DNA of 64,000 bases from Cyanobacteriota bacterium (lineage in GTDB: Bacteria > Cyanobacteriota > Cyanobacteriia > PCC-6307 > Cyanobiaceae): assembly GCA_027620015.1 (NCBI GenBank), contig JAQCGH010000003.1, positions 3,230 through 67,229 of the forward strand. Reading direction: 5' to 3'. Positions 63,847 through 64,000 of the stretch are shown piece after piece (within the stretch, counting starts at the first letter, position 1; each line of letters opens with the position of its first letter). The translations under genes were made by a program, and so were the position numbers. The notes beneath the pieces were generated by a model. The model searched no databases and was not told where the DNA came from. It saw only the letters and a list, made by a program, of their open reading frames with translations.

Positions 63847-64000
63847 TCAGTCCCTCGAGCTGGGCAGGGCGGGCCGTTGCATAAACCCAATCATGGAGCT
63901 TGCGATTGAGGAAAAGTTTCCCGTCAGCCTGTGCAGGCCCCAGCTGATCTCGGGGTGCCTCAGGATCATCGCTAGAACTCGGCATGAAATTTGCCGCCGG
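63847..64000 (-). CDS. Partial CDS (3' end), probable NAD(P)/FAD-dependent oxidoreductase of the PKS cluster
   Basis: An open frame from the window edge reads RRQISCRVLAMILRHPEISWGLHRLTGNFSSIASSMIGFMQRPALPSSRD*, with TGA 6 bp before the PKS ATG. The product call is inferred from context and resemblance only. Confidence 0.5.
   Translation of the reverse strand, partial: RRQISCRVLAMILRHPEISWGLHRLTGNFSSIASSMIGFMQRPALPSSRD

Noticed and set aside
63788-63985. ORF-track 65-aa ORF overlapping the PKS start
   Set aside because: A different frame, open from the window edge and stopping at 63847, fits an operon with the PKS better.

Overview
Core-genome region of a picocyanobacterium (Synechococcus/Cyanobium cluster 5; hand-counted GC about 60-63% in housekeeping genes). 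The 409-aa EF-Tu, the missing infA and the gene order suggest a Cyanobium-like member, which is an inference. In order: a LexA box and HAD hydrolase, tRNA-Gln, ycf45-ldpA-ndhN, the ribosomal superoperon rplC..rplO-secY-adk-rpmJ-rpsM-rpsK-rpoA-rplQ-truA-rplM-rpsI-rpmE-prfA, an HNH nuclease, alr, tRNA-Ser, a serine hydrolase, an NlpC/P60 peptidase, a GT2, psaI-psaL, psaA-psaB, a putative lipoprotein, cbiG/cobJ, tRNA-Pro, lipA, ferredoxin-GOGAT, a phosphodiester glycosidase-family protein, a HesB-like protein, rpsL-rpsG-fusA-tufA-rpsJ, a LON-N protein, an MPBQ/MSBQ-type methyltransferase, pheA, DUF1997, rnhB-rne, a fused TIGR03960/TIGR03936 radical SAM protein, dapL, clpS, a CPBP protease, an Slr0320-like radical SAM protein and psbA (Glu130 D1). 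The only clearly accessory DNA starts right after psbA: a lower-GC type III PKS with an intact catalytic triad, preceded by the truncated end of a probable FAD-dependent oxidoreductase. I found no rRNA, CRISPR array, integrase or transposase, and no clearly new biological system. The best leads are the PKS cluster at psbA, an AT-rich rare-codon patch inside fusA, two radical SAM proteins of unknown substrate, and several long structured leaders.
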